A stretch of DNA of 64,000 nt from Paraphysomonas bandaiensis (GCA_965644295.1 CBFFRP010000333.1:62001-126000), one strand, 5' to 3'; numbered from the stretch's first letter, positions 12,658-24,468 are shown. Notes: generated from the letters alone by a model not told the origin. Numbers and translations are program-made.

Positions 12658-14445
12658 ATGACAGAGGGAGATGGCGCTGTGTTGATACGAATACATCTAC
12701 ATGATAGCTATGCGTCTAGCACCACTGTGAAGGTGACCACAGACACCACAGCGAGAGATGTGTGTAATGCGATTGCGTCGAAGTTAGCAGTTGCAGAAAG
12801 TGACAGGTTGTATGACACTTTAATATGTGTTGTCAGCGGTTTTGATGGGAAAACGAATTTACATTGGCTAAAAACATTGAAAAAGGATGACAGAATTATT
12901 AGATTCCAAACAGCATTACTTGAGAAACGCACATTGGAGGCGACTAATAGCGATATTGTTGATTCGCTTGCTGTCAGTTGGTACTATAAAGATATTCGCT
13001 CTGCTCCGCTTTGTTTAGACGGAGAAACATCTGGTAATTCGTCGTCTGATGATGAGGAAGAAATCGCATTGAATGATCTTCTTTACTTTGGGAATGGGGA
13101 CAGACGTGCTGTCATGCTGAAACGTTCCGCTCGAGACCCCAATCTCTGGCGGCGGAGGCTGTGTGTTTTAACGGACAAACTTTGGTGCATTAATCTCAAG
13201 CGACGCGCTCCGTATGCGTCATGCATTCCACTGAACGGGACAGTGCTGTTACAAGAGGACGCCCCAGAGCTAAACTACCCTTATGGTATCATTCTGCACA
13301 GCACTGCAGGAGATACTGTGTTCCTTCGAGCAAGCAGTGCATCCGAGCAGCACATCTGGCGGGACGAACTACAGGATAGAGTGGAGTTCGGAGTGGAAAA
13401 TGCAGTGCTGTATATGGCTGAGGTGATCATTTGCGACGAACAACAAGCTCGAGGGGAGAGACGTGACAAGCATCTTACCGAGTGCATGCACACTCACCAG
13501 ATGATATCTGCGATGAAAGATATATGCAGCACACATGGTATGTTCTGTGATGATTTGCAGAAAAGAAACAAGAAATCCGCTGCGAGGGATATTGATGCTG
13601 AACCTTTGTCTAAAGATTGTGAAGTTTCGCCAGTTGTGCGTCGCGGTCGCAGCGACCGTTTAACATCTTCCCGTCACACCCAACGTGGCAGGAGTGACTC
13701 TCCATCTCTTCACTTAGATGCCCGTAAGATGTCTTTATCGTCACCGACCTCACTTTTAGAGGCGAGCTCGGGGATGAGAGTACTCTCGATATGTGCCCCG
13801 CTACAGTTGTTGCATTCCCTACATATGTTGCACCCAAGGTGTGCTTCAGCAGTTGCTCTTTTGGGTGCGGTTCATACCTATCGAGCAACATTTCGGCACG
13901 ACATCCACGTCCCTCCACGGGATATGTGGGAAGCTGCGCTTCGAGTCTATCTACAGTTTATTCTTCCATACCTTGTGTGCACATCTGGCGACTCTGGTCG
14001 CGAATTTTCTCTGATTAGTTCTGAATCTCCGGAGTTTCCTGCAGCAAGGGAGCGAGATTTATCTCAAGGTCTTGACTCTCCAAGTAAACATTTTATGGAG
14101 AGAAAAATTTCCAGGAGTACATCTATACAATCATTGCCTATGGATATCGTGACCAGGGTACATAGAGAACTTTTTGCCAATATCAGGAAAAAGAAGAAGG
14201 ATGAGAGACGTTTAGATGTACATCGAAAGCAAGCCGGTGACAGTAACTACTGGTTTTGGCCGTCTGCCTCAGATATCGATAATACCAAGAAAGTAGAGCA
14301 AGAAGAAATGGAGAGTTTGATAAGGGCTCGAACTGTAGGCGGCTGTTATGAAATAGTAGATCTCAATTCAAGGCCCTCTTTAGGATTATTTGATGATCTG
14401 GTTATAGCTATGTACAGCATTTTAGATGAAGAAAAGTGTAAGTGA
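12658..14445 (+). CDS. RA-domain + PH-domain protein with probable split RGS-like C-terminus
   Basis: Single 595-aa ORF. RA/ubiquitin-like N-term (LIRIHLHD...TTVKVTTDTTARDVCNAIASKL), PH (MLKRSARDPNLWRRRLCVL...FLRASSASEQHIWRDEL), RGS-like helices (ALRVYLQFI; LFDDLVIAMYSIL). Confidence 0.75.
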   Translation: MTEGDGAVLIRIHLHDSYASSTTVKVTTDTTARDVCNAIASKLAVAESDRLYDTLICVVSGFDGKTNLHWLKTLKKDDRIIRFQTALLEKRTLEATNSDIVDSLAVSWYYKDIRSAPLCLDGETSGNSSSDDEEEIALNDLLYFGNGDRRAVMLKRSARDPNLWRRRLCVLTDKLWCINLKRRAPYASCIPLNGTVLLQEDAPELNYPYGIILHSTAGDTVFLRASSASEQHIWRDELQDRVEFGVENAVLYMAEVIICDEQQARGERRDKHLTECMHTHQMISAMKDICSTHGMFCDDLQKRNKKSAARDIDAEPLSKDCEVSPVVRRGRSDRLTSSRHTQRGRSDSPSLHLDARKMSLSSPTSLLEASSGMRVLSICAPLQLLHSLHMLHPRCASAVALLGAVHTYRATFRHDIHVPPRDMWEAALRVYLQFILPYLVCTSGDSGREFSLISSESPEFPAARERDLSQGLDSPSKHFMERKISRSTSIQSLPMDIVTRVHRELFANIRKKKKDERRLDVHRKQAGDSNYWFWPSASDIDNTKKVEQEEMESLIRARTVGGCYEIVDLNSRPSLGLFDDLVIAMYSILDEEKCK

Positions 14446-15259
14446 TCAGTGCATATCACAAGTCATTGATGTTTTACAGTTATGCTTTATATAGATTAAC
14501 GTATTAGCCTATATGTCGTTATTTAGTAATCAGTCACCATGCATATATGTGCTGATCGAAGGTGTTTCGGTTGAGATTTGAAAGACTTGGTACTTGCTTA
14601 GCGTGAGAGAGATGTAATAAAATGGCTACTAGTTACTGATGACAATAAACTCCTAGCACGTATATAGACGTTGGTTGTATTTTAGCACTCCTACTCCATA
14701 AACATACCAGGACACACTAATCACTAATACACAGTACACTCAATGCACCTAACATGATGGCAACTTTGATATCTGCTGGAGGTGCAGCTTTTCTGCTAAA
14801 CCTTTAGTCATCATGTTGGCAAATGAAACTGCCTGGTTCTGGTCTAGTTCACTTTGCTGTCCATATTAAGGATCTATAGAAACTCAGTCTTACTGAGCTC
14901 AGACCTATTTAGTAGTACAATTAGTACCGAAACAGCATATATTCGTCGTTTTCTGAGGTCGAGTGCTACTGTCAAGCAATGCCTTGCCTCTGCAATGGTT
15001 CAAAACACATGAATAGATGATTACCCGAAACGCGTAGCAAACTAACAATCGTATATTGTTCAGAATGATATGTTGAGAACTTCACGTTCTTTTTATCCAT
15101 TTCCTTATATATTATATATTATAACTTCTTTGTCGCCAGTGTGGACGTCATATAAACACAATTAAGATTCAATTAATTAGGAAAACTCCAACATCACATT
15201 CTAACAAGTCAACATATTACACTATGCCAATATCCATGTTTGTGCAAGAGGAAACTTAA

Positions 15260-18200
15260 CTAACAAATATGAAGAAATTCTCCGGTACATAGAGGTGAAT
15301 ACGGGTTCACGGCTCTCCACATCAGTGCCTCATTAAGCGACAAAAACGATGACTTGTCTTCCAGCATTACAACAGAGCCTTGGATACGTTTGCCAGTTAC
15401 AACAGAAACTAAAACTTTCAAATTTTGATTTGCTACTGGGAGAAGTGATCCCTACATGATCGGTTAAAAAGATAGATAGACATAGGAAACTAATAAACCT
15501 GCACAACTATAGGTAGTCCTTCAATTCCACTGACCGCATTGCATCCGTATGGGACCCGAAACACAGACTGGACTCCTTCAGGGGGATTAGGAAGAGTAGA
15601 TGGTAGGAGTGGAAGAGAAAGCAGCGTTCCAACTCGACGTATAACTCTAGATTTATATTAGTCATTGAAACGAATAAGAACATAGTCGCTCACTCTTCAA
15701 TCTCCGCTGTGAGCTCACCATAGACCCTGCAAGTGTGCAGCGCGGTTGCTGACAAACTGCGGTAATTACTATGAAAACTGTAGGTAGGATCATTGCCAAA
15801 TTCTTGAAGTAGGCGTCGCAACTCTCGCAAGAGCATCACCAGCTGTGAATTACACTTCAGTGCAACCTAACATATACAGTGTCCAATACCTCATGCGGAA
15901 CACCAGCTTCAGAAGTCATGCTACTTTCGATATTAGACACAAGTTTTTCGACCGTGACCAGTGCACAAGGATCACCGCTCTGCACTCGTATACACATTTC
16001 CTTAAAAGTATTTCAAAGATTAATATAAAATATAATCGCGAATAGAAAAGCAGCAACCTGTACTGCAATCTTTTCAACTGAAATAGGAAAATTAGCACTC
16101 TGTGATATCGTGCCCAGAATTCTGGCATATTAAATGTAACATTACTTAATGACAACATACATATCAAATTCTAACCTCAACATCCCACTGGCAACATCCC
16201 AGAATCCAATTTTCACAGCGCGGTGTGCTCCAAACCAACACATGTGCGACAAGAACGTCATCCTCAATGCCCCATTCAAATCCTGTGCACTGCAACAGGT
16301 TTTTACAATAACAATATTTATATCAGAATATATATATACCTACCGAACATTTCTCAAAACATTCAATACTTTCTGTACTGTCGCTGGTAGCTGCATTGGC
16401 TCGCCGATATGACGTTCTAACCGCTTCAAACCTGTTCGTGCAGCCTGTAATCGAATTAGAACAAAAACAGCATCAGAGAATAACATACCGATAAGTGATC
16501 GTTTCCTGTGATATATGCTACGATGGCCTCTTCGTCATGACCTATAGCATCCGCTTCAGCAGCTTTAGAAAGTTCTAAATCATTCTTCGAGGGCTCCCTG
16601 TTTTCACTGCTACTTGCATGCCTACAATGATATATCACAACGATGGTGACTCTGGGTGATAGTACCGAGCAATTCGAAGAGCACGTTCTTGTTCGGAGTT
16701 AGGATAGTCTAATCGCTGCAATATATCTAACGCAAGCTCTAAATCCTGGCGTAGTTTTATCGTATGTGTAGTAAATATGAATACAACCCGCGAACCTTTA
16801 AATACTCTGCCTTTTCAGCCATCATGCGGACGCATTCTGAGCCATCTATATCAAGGCAGTCACAAACTGCAAATGCGAGATCCGATTCTACAACACGAAT
16901 GGGATTAACATAATGACATTACACACAAATTAATCCACCCTACCCCCACAAAGAAGCAGAAGCTTCACACAAGCTACAGTCTCTCCAATACTGATCAGAT
17001 GTGCTGCCAACCACAAAATATAAAATTTAGAGAAAACAACGCTTCTCATGAGTTACCAGCAGCACTAATGGGTCGAGCTCGAGACACAGAGATCTCAGCT
17101 GATCGTAAAGCGACCTCACGAACCACTCGTCTACTAGCCTCCGCTTCAGTTTCAGTACGTTCCCTGCATTTTAACGGCCATACAAGTTAAGCAGATGGCT
17201 ATAAGAGTAATCCATCCTTTTCACCTAAATGCCTCGTTCTTAGGCCCCGCCCATGTCCCGGTGTCACATCTACTTAATTTGTTTGGTGATTTCTTAACAA
17301 CTCTATCTATTGCCTCCGCTGAGTAATCTGTACCATGAAGCTGTGCATATCGATTATGGATTACTCTCAAGCGACCCAGAACCTACCATATCGGGGATCA
17401 AATCAGTTCGGTGTTCAGACATTTTGGCTACAACCTAAAACAAAACACATCCATTATACTCGATTAATAGATAGAGAATCACACCATCGCAGATGTTGAC
17501 TCGTTCCTATGCAGATGGAAATCTATCACAGTTCTGTCTTGCCCGACAGCTGCGCATTGCTAAGATAAAGACGCTTCTGCTGAATGCAGCAAATCACCAA
17601 CCTAGATAGTACGGAATGCAATCCTCCGACATATTTTTCCGAAGCACCTAAAACATCTTGGTCTTATATAATAGCATATTAAATAAATAAGTTTACCTCA
17701 GCGTATTCTTTCATTAAATGTTGCCAGTACTCAATCGACACACTGAACATGACGCTTCACAATGAAGATTCATAAAAAGTCGTGCTTTTACCTTGGGGCC
17801 ACAGCTAATGCAGCTTTCCAGTCCCCCACCTCAACCATAATAGAGCAGTATTTGAGAAAGTCACCTGTGTAAGCATAAGCACTTATAATACAATCCGAAG
17901 TAACTAACCAACTTGTGCGTATTTCAGAGCTGCCTGTCGTAAATTCTCTTCAACCTTCCCGCTCACATCCCCTCTGTTTATGTTGCAGATAATAACAATA
18001 TCACTGAGGGATGGTATGCATATACCTTCTAGTTCCCATTTTCGAACTCTCCAACCGCCTAGCGTCAGACTTCGCAGTGGCTATCACAAGATGAGAAAAG
18101 TAGAAAAAAACAAAGAAACTCCACCAACCTAGAATGGTATCTTCAGGTAGAGCTGTGGCAACCCCGGCTTGCGCGGAATGAAGATGTAGGCAAGGCACGA

Positions 18201-21200
18201 TATTTGAACCCACTGCAATATCAACATCAGCAGGAATCTAATCGTCACATTGGAGCAAACCATCCGTCTGGCTCTTGCAATACGCAATCACGCAATCCCA
18301 CAGGTTCAAACATCCATTTGCTCCGCAGAAAAAACTAATATCAGCCCAAATTAATACCACATGTGCATGTATTGAGCGACCTACTTAAACAGACTTTTGT
18401 ACTTAAGGGCCAACTCCAAACCATGAACTTTCTTCTTTCTTGTACTGATAAGCGTAGGTCCAGAATCACAAGATGCAATCATAAAATGTGCAGCCAGCTG
18501 CTTGCTAGCCTTGCCACATATTCGGGGCTCCAGCTCATCCGAGAGAGCACTGAGGAGGTTCCCCGCAGGCATCTCGTCTGCTGCTGCCTCAATGGCTTCT
18601 GACTGAATACAGTTGCCAAAGTTCCCGTCCATGATACATCTTAGTCGCATACGTACTGCGAAGCCCTATTCAGTAAAAACAATCACATCTCATTTCACAT
18701 CACTGCGGTACACTGTCACCTCTATTTCCCATAGACGAAGAGTACTATCGCGTGAACAGGACACATATGTGAATGGCCTCTTGGGGTGTGAACTGACTGT
18801 AAAATATGACTCATCTACGCGAAATTATCCATTAACTAGATTACTATACCTGTATATATGTCGGCGACATGGTCACAAACAACCTATAAAAAATCAAAAA
18901 AGAGTACAGCAACAAGCATAAGTTCTAATGCCTGTAAACATGTCCCGGTACTAGCATTCCACACTCTAATTGTCGAGTCCCATGATCCCGATATTAGAAT
19001 CTGCCTGTGCTCATAATTCCACGTCAAGGCTCTGACATTCGATCTGAATAACGATCAAACGATAAATATGTCATTCTTTTGTACAAGTCGAGTACTTACG
19101 TATGTCCTTCAAGGCTGCGAACAGGAGACAGTGTGTGGTTGACTAAATCTCCAGTTTTATCGACATCAGGTATCTATCCGTCTCATTACACAGTAATTAT
19201 AAAAGTGAAATATTACCTCCCATAGCTTGACAGTGTGGTCATCAGAACCACTAGCCAGCAAACCACAAATGAGAGGCGACCACGAGACAGAAAATGCGCG
19301 CGATTGGTGTCCACGCAATACGTATATTGGGGCGAGTTTAGTTTTGTACTTAAATACACGTACAAAACCATCTTGGCATCCTGTTGTGAGTAAAAAACTA
19401 CTCAAAACAGCAAGAACAATATGATTCTTCAAATCCTACTTACCAGTCGCAAACATGTGAGAGGAGTGGGGACACCAATCGCAACCAAATATCGCACTGG
19501 GGTGTTCAAATCTGTATCCAACACAGGTGTACCAGCAATAAAGTAGTTTACCATAAGCAAAGTAACTGTCACCTGCCAATGAATGTTGGTTGTGCCTCCT
19601 GCTGAGCTGGGTTAGCTTTCTTACGTCGTGATCCTGCATCTGATGAGTGGATTGCTCCATCGTACGAGAACAAGTATACCTATAGAGCCTCCTGAATTGG
19701 ATACTTCACCAAGTGTGCTCAAATCTATTTCAATAACAGCTGCTACACCTATGTCTTGATTTAATACATTGCTGTATAGAGTTTGCATAACATACCGTCT
19801 GCAGAGGCGGATAACAAAACATTTTCAAGAGCGTAATTCCATTTGACGGCGTACGATGCCTAAAATATTTTAATTAGTAAACCCCACTTCGGCATATACG
19901 GTTGTCACCTTCTTGTGGTATTTGTATCGAACAAGTTCTCGGCCAGACTCTACACTCCAGATCAAAATGTCTCCACCAATCGTGCTTCCGGCGATCAATG
20001 TGCTGTCTTTGGACCAGGAGCAACTAAAATGTGTATGTTACAAGAATTTTGACAGGCCAAAGTGTAGACCTGTAAATTATTGACTCTGGGCCATAGAGAG
20101 TCTTTTGAAGAGTCAAGTCGTCGGTGCTCCATATCTGTAACAATATAACTTCAGGGGGGCTAGTAGCAGCGCAATCTACCTTTATCGTGCTGTCATAAGA
20201 GCAGGTGCAGAGTGTATCCGGAGAGACAGGAGACATACTGCAGTCGAATATAGTGTCTGTATGTCCAGCAGAGGTCGCGAACTCTACCTAAACAGCGAAA
20301 ATAATGCACAGAATGAGACCAAGAGCGTTCAATGGCATATTATATAAACAGTATACCACACCTGTCGTTTAAGCATGTGGTATACTACAATCGACCCATC
20401 TGTGCATCCACACACCATTCGGCTTGACCCAGAGGCAAAGTGAACACATTGAATACCTGCACAAAGTTACCATTAGAACTGATACATAGGATATGGTCAC
20501 TTTACAACCCGCAGATACAATAACAACATCGGTTTAATAGAACTAACAACGCCACATAATTAAGCGTGGTGTACACTCACCACCACTATGTACCCTTACG
20601 GATTCTAGTGGGGCCCGTTGAGAAGCGTTCCACACTTTGATCACACCTATAAGCGATCCCGTTATATACATAATGAGAATCCAATTTTTTACAATTACAC
20701 CTGTTTTAGCATTCGCGGATATGAAGTTTCCTGCTGTCCAATCTAGCCATGCTATATGATAATGGGCACGTGTTAGTACAGAACAGTTGACATTCGTATG
20801 TGCATATCTCTTCCACAAAAAAATCGTTCGATCAATATTATATAATATTTCGTTCACCTATACAGGAAATTCCAGTGCTCTGTTTATCAAATACATGTAC
20901 TTCCGAAGCTGTCTCTGTATCCCAAAGCGATATGAAGGCTTGGTACGCAACGATCATGTATACGGCTGACAGGCGATCCCACTGTAGGTCTGATATTGAG
21001 GTGGCCCGATCCTTCACCTGCATGAATTTATTCGCACAGATAGATTTAGTCAACCAAATATTACAGCATGTGCATTGGTTCACCTTAAGGGTTTTGACCT
21101 TTCGGGAGTGGGTTTCATAAATGTAGGTCACTCCATTACTTCCTCCAATTGCCAGTTGTCCGATGACATGTGGGTTCCACCTTATCAAGCAAAAGGTATC

Positions 21201-21728
21201 AAATATAGATGTATTCTAGGAGAAAATATAAACCTTGCGACGTTTGCAACAAAAGTATCAGAATCGGCGACATAGAGTCTTTTTGTAGTGCAAGAATCTT
21301 CCCTCATATCCCTGAATTGCATAATGTACATTAACTAGAAACAACTGCAGATAAAACAATAACCATGCAAACAACTGAAGCTTTGGCCTATTTACAATAA
21401 CTGCACAGTTATTTGGATCATGTGGGTCCCAAGCAAGTATATCTCCTTGATGCATAAACTTCAGTGTACACTCTTCGCTCGTGATGTTCCACACACAGAT
21501 TGCTCCATCGACACCAGAGCACACCACATGATTGTCATTGTGCGGACTCACCGACATCGACCTCATGCTACGCGACTGTATAGATATAATCCTTTCAACC
21601 ACAAATGTGGAGGGATTGATAACATAAAGCGCTAGTTTGGAACAGAATAATATCTTACTGTCACTGGCATAGACGATTGTTTGCTCGCACTGATGGCAGC
21701 CCGCTGGAAGAAGGGCAATTTGCCGCAT
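15260..21728 (-). CDS. WDR17: WD repeat-containing protein 17 homolog (very intron-rich)
   Basis: N-term MRQIALLPAGCH...FCSKLALYV, AGHTDTIFDC, many WD40 repeats, and C-term VLEDKSSFLSLNEALMWRAVNPYSPLCTG match WDR17 termini as I recall them. Stop TAG at 15260-15262. Confidence 0.88.
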
Positions 21729-21957
21729 GACAATATATGATGCAGGTTAGAGTGGCACTAATACGGCTGGACGGTGTGTCTGGTTTAAAGAATATGTGAG
21801 TGAGTGCAGTGAGATTTAAAGAACAGACTGAATGCGAGTACAAAAACAGATGTACTGGACGACACTGTGTATTATAGTACTGCTGTACGATATCTATAAG
21901 TACTGCTATCTGAGACTTTTATGCACACAGAGAAATGCACAAAATAAAAAAAGGAAG

Positions 21958-22031
21958 CGCTCACAGGAGGGCTCGAACCTCCGACCTTTCGGTTAACAGC
22001 CGAATGCTCTAGCCAACTGAGCTATGCGAGC
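21958..22031 (-). tRNA. tRNA-Asn(GTT)
   Basis: GCTCGCATAGCTCAGTTGGCTAGAGCATTCGGCTGTTAACCGAAAGGTCGGAGGTTCGAGCCCTCCTGTGAGCG: full cloverleaf, anticodon GTT, downstream oligo-T Pol III terminator. Confidence 0.97.
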
Positions 22032-22089
22032 TACTTGTTGACTAGAGTGATTGAAATAGCTAATATATATTCATTATAATTATTGCCAC

Positions 22090-22698
22090 CGGTCACTCTG
22101 AGCGTATCTAAGATCAAATGCTCGTAAGATGAGGACATTCTCATCGGTCCACGCGGTCCTCACAAAACACATCAGTGTCCAGCTGACTTCAGGATTAAGT
22201 AAGTGTGAGAGCTGCCCACGGACGTGTAGTCCTTCAGTGTCAAGAGGTGCGGTTAATCAGGTGGACGCACTTTGGGGTATGGGTCCTCGACATTTAAGGG
22301 AGGGTCAGAGTTAAGTAGATGAGAGGATAGTGTTCCGAGGGAAAGTCAAATGGTGCGAGGTGGAGGCGTAGAATCTGTAGAGTCTAGGGGCGCCGCTCAC
22401 TGTAGTGTATGAGTTGAACGTAAATAGAGCTGGTGGAGTTGCCCAGCTAGGAGTCTCTGCTGAGGCGTCATCGGGTTCAAAGTGAGGGGGCTTATGGGTT
22501 GTGTGTGATAGTTGGCGGTGGAATTATGGAGGGAGCTGTTGACCTGGGGTGGGGTTGGGTATAGGGCACAGACCGTTTTGTCACTCCTAGAAGTCGTAGA
22601 ACCGGCTGTAGCTATGCATGAATTATGTACTGTATGTAATTCACGCAGATTTAGCAAGGCCATGTTCACCTTCCCATCCCCTAACATAGGCCTAGCAT
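22090..22698 (-). pseudogene. Decayed coding-like remnant, probably transposon-derived (family unassigned)
   Basis: GC-richer than intergenic DNA, strand-skewed (C-rich on minus), fragmented frames with stops. No recognisable RT/EN motif. Confidence 0.3.
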
Positions 22699-22785
22699 CC
22701 CTCAACAAAGTCGGACTCGCACCTTTTCGTGGTGTTCTGGGGGATAAGTACCGGAGATATTTCTCCGGGAAACTAACGTGAGCCG
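22699..22785 (+). ncRNA. HDV-like ribozyme candidate (Ingi/L1Tc-hallmark type), copy 1
   Basis: P1 CCCTCA/TGGGGG, P2 CGG(A)CTCGC/GTGAGCCG, P3 ACC/GGT, L3 TTTTCGT, P4 AGTA-CCGGAGA-TATT-TCTCCGG-GAA, J4/2 CTAA. Confidence 0.7.
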
Positions 22786-23045
22786 CATATTATATAGTCA
22801 GCAGATATATTGTTCTGCCCACTCATAGCCAAATGCTTGTGTGGTACAAGGGACACTAATAAGTGTCACTTGTGTAGACGTCTTTGGGCCCTGACGAATA
22901 AACAGGCATCCGGGACAGGGCCCACCAGAAGGGTAACCGGGGTATTGGGCTGCCTGCTGAAGTTAAGCATCCGGGATGTTCACCTTAAGAACTCAAAACA
23001 CCTGAAGTCAGCAGATGTCAGGTATATCAACATTCTGCTTGCTCC
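22699..23045 (+). mobile_element. Ribozyme-headed SINE-like retroposon, copy 1
   Basis: Highly similar to 24381-24701 (+) and 24893-25235 (-). Similarity begins exactly at CCCTCA; ends in hairpin GCAGATGT...ACATTCTGC plus CTTGCTC tail. Confidence 0.75.
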
Positions 23046-23740
23046 CTGCGTTTGCTTTGAGTGATTGATGCTGAGTATGAGTTCACATTATTCGGTATCT
23101 GTGTGGCCGGCCAATGACCGAGGTAATGCGTCAAACTTTCCTCATGGATGCATGGCAATGGCAATGATGTGATTAGACCTGTCATGTCTTCTCACACGTC
23201 AACTGCCTAGTCTTGGTTTCTCCTGACCCAGGTCATTGAGATTATATCAAGGCTCTGGCACTGTTCTCCAAGCAGTGTCAGGTACATTTGTGGTGCTTTT
23301 ATGTTATTCTTGCTAAGTAGGTTTTCATCCGAGCGGGGAAGGTGCACGGTTTCCTACTAGTGTAAGTCACTCGGGAGAAGAGTGCAAGGTGGATGCATGT
23401 GCTGGATGAGTGCACACAATGGAGGGAAGACATTGGAGTCAGCTTGAATTTGTAACAGATTTTGGTAGATGTCTGTTTCATGCGTCAGTGTGCAAAATTG
23501 CACCAGTGAGACCGCTTCGTGACCGTGGGAGGACCCGGCGCTATAGCTACTTTATTCTCCCTTCCAGACTACCTGCTGCTGTGAACACCACCTTGAAGAG
23601 GGCCCTAAAGATCTGCCGCATATACAGGAGACATATGCCGAAGACACCGACCGCAAGTTGTTTGTGTTAGGACAAGTAGATTGGGCAGGAGCGTATGATC
23701 CGGCTTAAACACGCAACTCGTCGTATGCCCATGTAGCTAA
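23046..23740 (+). pseudogene. Decayed ORF remnant with multiple stops/frameshifts (unassigned)
   Basis: Protein-like frame DYIKALALFSKQCQVHLW...EKSARWMHVLDECTQWREDIG...DRFVTVGGPGAIATLFSLPDY interrupted by stops; lies inside the repeat cluster. Confidence 0.3.
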
Positions 23741-24157
23741 CTAAATCGTGTTGTATAGTTGAGCACTTGTCGGTGCATGCAATAGTAACTAGATGAGAGT
23801 CATGTTATGCATAGTGTCGCGCGAGTTGTTAGGTTGGTCGCGGCAACGCACAAGCTTGCGCTTCTTAATAATCAGATTTTCAATAGGCCTAGCATGGCAT
23901 GATGAGAGATGATTGATTATTGAGTGCGATTATAGTTCAGTTACTTAAGTTGAACTATCCTATAAATATCAATGGAAAACATTATTCAACCTCTAGTCAA
24001 ATTGGTTGAATTACCTAGTCACATAAATTTTGATGTAAAAGTCAAGTCAATGTAATAGATAATTCAATATCTGCACTTATTGATTGATGGCTTGGTAAAT
24101 ACCATAAACACCTAGTACAATGTCAATATTGGATAAGTATAACACAACAGAGCACCC

Positions 24158-24344
24158 TTGAAAGTCTTATTATTAGCAATAGGTGTTAAGAATCAGCACC
24201 AGTTTAGTAGCTAGAAGAAAACTAGTCAAGCTAGATAGACGTCTACCTGTAACTAACTAGTACAAACTCTATTATCCTACTATATAACGCTGCGAAAGCT
24301 GCTTCTCCGTCGCCGCAAGCACCAAGGTGCAACCACTTTGCTCT
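24158..24344 (+). repeat. ~187-bp repeat A, inverted partner of 24702-24889
   Basis: TTGAAAGTCTTATTATTAGCAATAGG...GCAAGCACCAAGGTGCAACCACTTTGCTCT aligns end to end with the reverse complement of 24702-24889 (roughly 80-85% by eye). Confidence 0.9.
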
Positions 24345-24380
24345 ATCGCTCAAAACAAATGCCGTGAGCAAGTGAGCAAG

Positions 24381-24468
24381 CCCTCAACAAAGTCGGACTC
24401 GCACCTTTTCGTGGTGTTCTGGGGGATAAGTACCGGAGAGATTCTCTCTGGGAAACTAACGTGAGCCG
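24381..24468 (+). ncRNA. HDV-like ribozyme candidate, copy 2
   Basis: Same core as copy 1. P4 hairpin changed to CCGGAGAG-ATT-CTCTCTGG with pairing retained. Confidence 0.7.

Noticed and set aside
15260-21728. Alternative genetic code or stop read-through to explain fragmented ORFs
   Set aside because: Interruptions examined are explained by short spliceosomal introns; genes end in TAA, TAG and TGA.
21958-22785. tRNA-trailer-processing (theta-type) role for the ribozyme
   Set aside because: Nearest copy is ~670 bp upstream of the tRNA on the opposite strand, not at its 3' end.
22875-22920. Hammerhead ribozyme (GTC...CTGACGA core) in the repeat
   Set aside because: No stem II followed by GAAA, only 8 nt available for stem I, and copy 3 reads TTGACAA.
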